Origin: an uncultured delta proteobacterium
GTDB lineage: Bacteria > Myxococcota > Myxococcia > Myxococcales > Myxococcaceae
NCBI GenBank assembly: GCA_963771175.1
Contig: CAVYSY010000023.1
Span: 1-64,000 of the forward strand
Reading direction: 5' to 3'
Length of the DNA: 64,000 nucleotides
This document shows, in pieces, positions 61,706 to 64,000 of the stretch. How positions within the stretch are numbered: the first letter of the stretch is position 1; the number at the start of each line of letters is the position of its first letter. The position numbers and the translations under genes are program-made. The notes under the pieces were generated by a model, which was not told the origin of the DNA, ran no database searches, and worked only from the letters and a program-made list of their open reading frames with translations.

Positions 61706-62968
61706 CTACTTCTTCCAGACGGCCCAGTTGGTCCCGGAGTTGACCAGGGTCCAGCCGGTGCCCGGCGACCAGGAGTTGGGGCCGAGCTTCATCGCCAGGC
61801 TGCCGGTGTTGCCGGTGATGATGGCCGCGTACAGGCCGGTCTGCGCGGCCACGATGTTCACGGCCGAGGTGGAGGTGACGCCCTTCTCCTTGCGAGCCGC
61901 CATGAGGCTCTTGATGGCGGCGCCGTGGCCCCAGTCATAGAAGTGGACCCAGTAGACGCAGGGGACGCCCGGGTGGGTGAGGATGTAGGCGTAGCCCTGC
62001 ATCACCTTGTCGGAGGGGAACGGCCAGTGGTTCTGGCCGCCGCTCGGGTGACTCGGACCGGTGTCGTGGTTGTCCACGAAGGTCACCGCCTTGGCGGCCC
62101 ACCAGCCGATGGCGCCCGAGGGCTTGCCCGCGCTGTCCTTCAGCCGCCAGTGCTCGTTGTACTGCACGGCCTGCTGGAGGATGCCCTTGGTGGTGAAGTC
62201 GAACACCGCCGACCTACCGCCCGTGGCGTCGATCCAGTTCATCAGGAGCTGGCGGTGGGCGTCGGGGTTGCCGAGGTTGAGGTCCGTCCAGACCTCGCCC
62301 ACGGAGAAGTAGGGCACGGTGGCGGTGTTGTAGCTGCCCACGTACGAGCCGGCGTAGCCCTTCACGTAGTCATAGCGCCAGCCGTCGTAGCCGATGCTGG
62401 ACTTGAGCCAGTTCATCCAGCTCTTGAGGTCGCTCTGGACGGTGCCGTGGGTGTGGTCCAGGTCGCGCGCGGCGCTGTAACCGTCACCGGTGTCGGAGCC
62501 GCCGGTGGCGCCGGTCCACTCATCGCCCGTCACCACCGCCCACGAGCCCCAGGTGGGGTTGGTGAAGTCCGCCCAGTTGGTGGAACCCACGCGGTGGTTG
62601 ATGACGATGTCGGCGATGGCCTTCACACCGTAGGTGTGCAGCGAGCCGATGGCCGACTTGAGCTGCACATCCGTGCCGTACATGCTGCTCTGCACGTAGA
62701 GCTGCCGCGGCAGGTAGCCCTCATTGGAAGCCGCGTCCTGGGAGGGCGGCAGCCACACCATGGTGAAGCCACTGGCCTTGATGTCCGAGGCCTTGCCCTG
62801 GACGACGTTCCACCACGGGTACGTCTCGTAGGAGCGCCAGTGGAAGCCCTGCAGCATCACGTCGCTGCTGTTGCCATCCAGCGGGCCGGCGTAGGCGGCC
62901 GACGACACCACCAGGCCCAGGGCCCACGACAGGGACAGGACTGCGCCAAGCACCTTGTTCTTGAGCAT
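61706..62968 (-). CDS. Secreted alpha-amylase, GH13 (plant-like subgroup)
   Basis: VMLQGFHW, ADIVINHR, DGWRYDYVKGY (nucleophile), VGEVW, FVDNHDT and a C-terminal beta-sheet domain. Confidence 0.93.
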   Translation of the reverse strand: MLKNKVLGAVLSLSWALGLVVSSAAYAGPLDGNSSDVMLQGFHWRSYETYPWWNVVQGKASDIKASGFTMVWLPPSQDAASNEGYLPRQLYVQSSMYGTDVQLKSAIGSLHTYGVKAIADIVINHRVGSTNWADFTNPTWGSWAVVTGDEWTGATGGSDTGDGYSAARDLDHTHGTVQSDLKSWMNWLKSSIGYDGWRYDYVKGYAGSYVGSYNTATVPYFSVGEVWTDLNLGNPDAHRQLLMNWIDATGGRSAVFDFTTKGILQQAVQYNEHWRLKDSAGKPSGAIGWWAAKAVTFVDNHDTGPSHPSGGQNHWPFPSDKVMQGYAYILTHPGVPCVYWVHFYDWGHGAAIKSLMAARKEKGVTSTSAVNIVAAQTGLYAAIITGNTGSLAMKLGPNSWSPGTGWTLVNSGTNWAVWKK

Positions 62969-63182
62969 TCGGCTCTCCGGGAAGCGGGGAAGAGACGAAC
63001 TGGCGCTTTACAGGTTGTTTGCTTGTTAAGCGAGCAACCCACCCTGTTGAGCCTGTAACGGGACTGTCAATGTCCGCCAACCGCCCCTTTTCACACTCAC
63101 ATTAGAATATTTTGACAGGGCTCCACTCCAGGGGACGCGGAAACGGGTGGGGAGCGTGTCCCGAGGCGGTTAGGATGAAGCA

Positions 63183-63527
63183 ATGGCCGACCAGTCACCC
63201 CCCTACTGGGTTCTCATCTCGGTCCTGTTCAGCTCGCAGCCGTTGACCCCCTCACTGGCGATGACGCTGCATCAGGCGGCGTATGACCTCTACCGGCGCG
63301 GCGACTCGGCGCAGAAGGTGGCGGGAGATCTGCTCAGCGGCACGGTGCGCAACCTGAGCAAGGACGTGCAGATGGGAGCCATCACCGGCCCCGCCTTCGA
63401 GGCGGAGATCGAAACGGAGCGAGGCTCCGGCGTGGTGCGCTTCCTGCTCACCCGCCAGGGGCTGGAGATGATGGAGGCCGGGCCTCCGCAGCCGCCCGCG
63501 CAGCCCCGCCCGAAGTACCTCAACTGA
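63183..63527 (+). CDS. Hypothetical protein
   Basis: Intact ORF with GC3 bias and a TAGGAT -10-like hexamer 6 nt upstream. Confidence 0.75.
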   Translation: MADQSPPYWVLISVLFSSQPLTPSLAMTLHQAAYDLYRRGDSAQKVAGDLLSGTVRNLSKDVQMGAITGPAFEAEIETERGSGVVRFLLTRQGLEMMEAGPPQPPAQPRPKYLN

Positions 63528-63555
63528 GTGGACCGGGCCCCGGTGGGCCCCGCCC

Positions 63556-64000
63556 TCAGTGCAGCCGCACCTTCTCCGCCTGCTCCTTGCGCCGGGGCCT
63601 CGGCTCCCGGATGGAGCGGGGCTTCTTGTGCGTCACCATGCGGACAATGCCGTAGTAGAGCTGCTCCTCGGTGTACACCTTGCGCACCCGGGGCGTACCG
63701 GGGAGGTAGGCGGGCCCGGGCCGCTGCAGCCACTGCAGCACCCGCAGCTCCCCCGTGTACGCGAACGCCTTGAGCAGCTCGGGCGGGCACTGCCTGAGGT
63801 AGCGGCGCACCAGCGGCCGCAGCTTGCGGGGGAACTCCTTGCCCAGCACCGAGTGCCTCCGCCCCGCGTGCAGCGTGCCGTCGAAGCGCCGCGACATGTG
63901 GAAGAGCTCGTGCATGCACCGTCTCGATGCGCGACTTGGGCGTCGAGGAGCGGAAGAAGAGCGGGCGCAGGGTGATGCAGTAGAGCATCCGCTTGCCCTT
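63556..64000 (-). CDS. Putative HExxH metallopeptidase (5' end outside the window, frameshift near 63917)
   Basis: LYCITLRPLFF...RIETV in one frame continues as MHELFHMS..FDGTL in another. Confidence 0.65.
   Translation of the reverse strand, partial: RASGCSTASPCARSSSAPRRPSRASRRCMHELFHMSRRFDGTLHAGRRHSVLGKEFPRKLRPLVRRYLRQCPPELLKAFAYTGELRVLQWLQRPGPAYLPGTPRVRKVYTEEQLYYGIVRMVTHKKPRSIREPRPRRKEQAEKVRLH

Noticed and set aside
62970..63180. LacI-type operator or sRNA in the AT-rich region upstream of the amylase
   Set aside because: Only partial half-site matches and no convincing palindrome or terminator.

Overview
High-GC myxobacterial DNA (Cystobacterineae-like, e.g. Archangium/Cystobacter, inferred from MYXO-CTERM proteins, ELWxxDGT/HYR/kelch proteins and an FHA-sigma54 activator). 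The centre of the window is a large cell-envelope locus. It has three parts: (1) a minus-strand mts-type cohesion cluster (haem/beta-propeller MtsA, three VWA+thrombospondin lipoproteins, TSP3/MYXO-CTERM MtsC, MtsF; about 28.9-43.4 kb); (2) a divergent, translationally coupled operon paralogous to the Glt/Nfs trans-envelope machinery (43.5-54.7 kb); (3) a minus-strand OM-barrel / lipoprotein / Tat-DUF1501 / cytochrome c operon plus further lipoproteins, one of which is a paralog of a gene inside the Glt-like operon. Interspersed accessory genes include an EAD1-trypsin protease, a GMC oxidoreductase pair, a Ser/Thr kinase, an amidohydrolase, a putative HTH protein next to a 4x41-bp palindromic tandem array, and a lipoprotein/partner/ABC-type ATPase insert between mtsA and mtsB. 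The right end carries a methyltransferase, a qNor NO reductase with an NsrR-like box, a GNAT, a TSP3-DUF11 protein, a zinc-ribbon protein and a GH13 alpha-amylase. Many genes left of about 43.6 kb contain frameshifts, most likely sequencing or assembly indels. No rRNA, tRNA, CRISPR array, transposase or integrase was seen. All family assignments come from motif recognition, not database searches.
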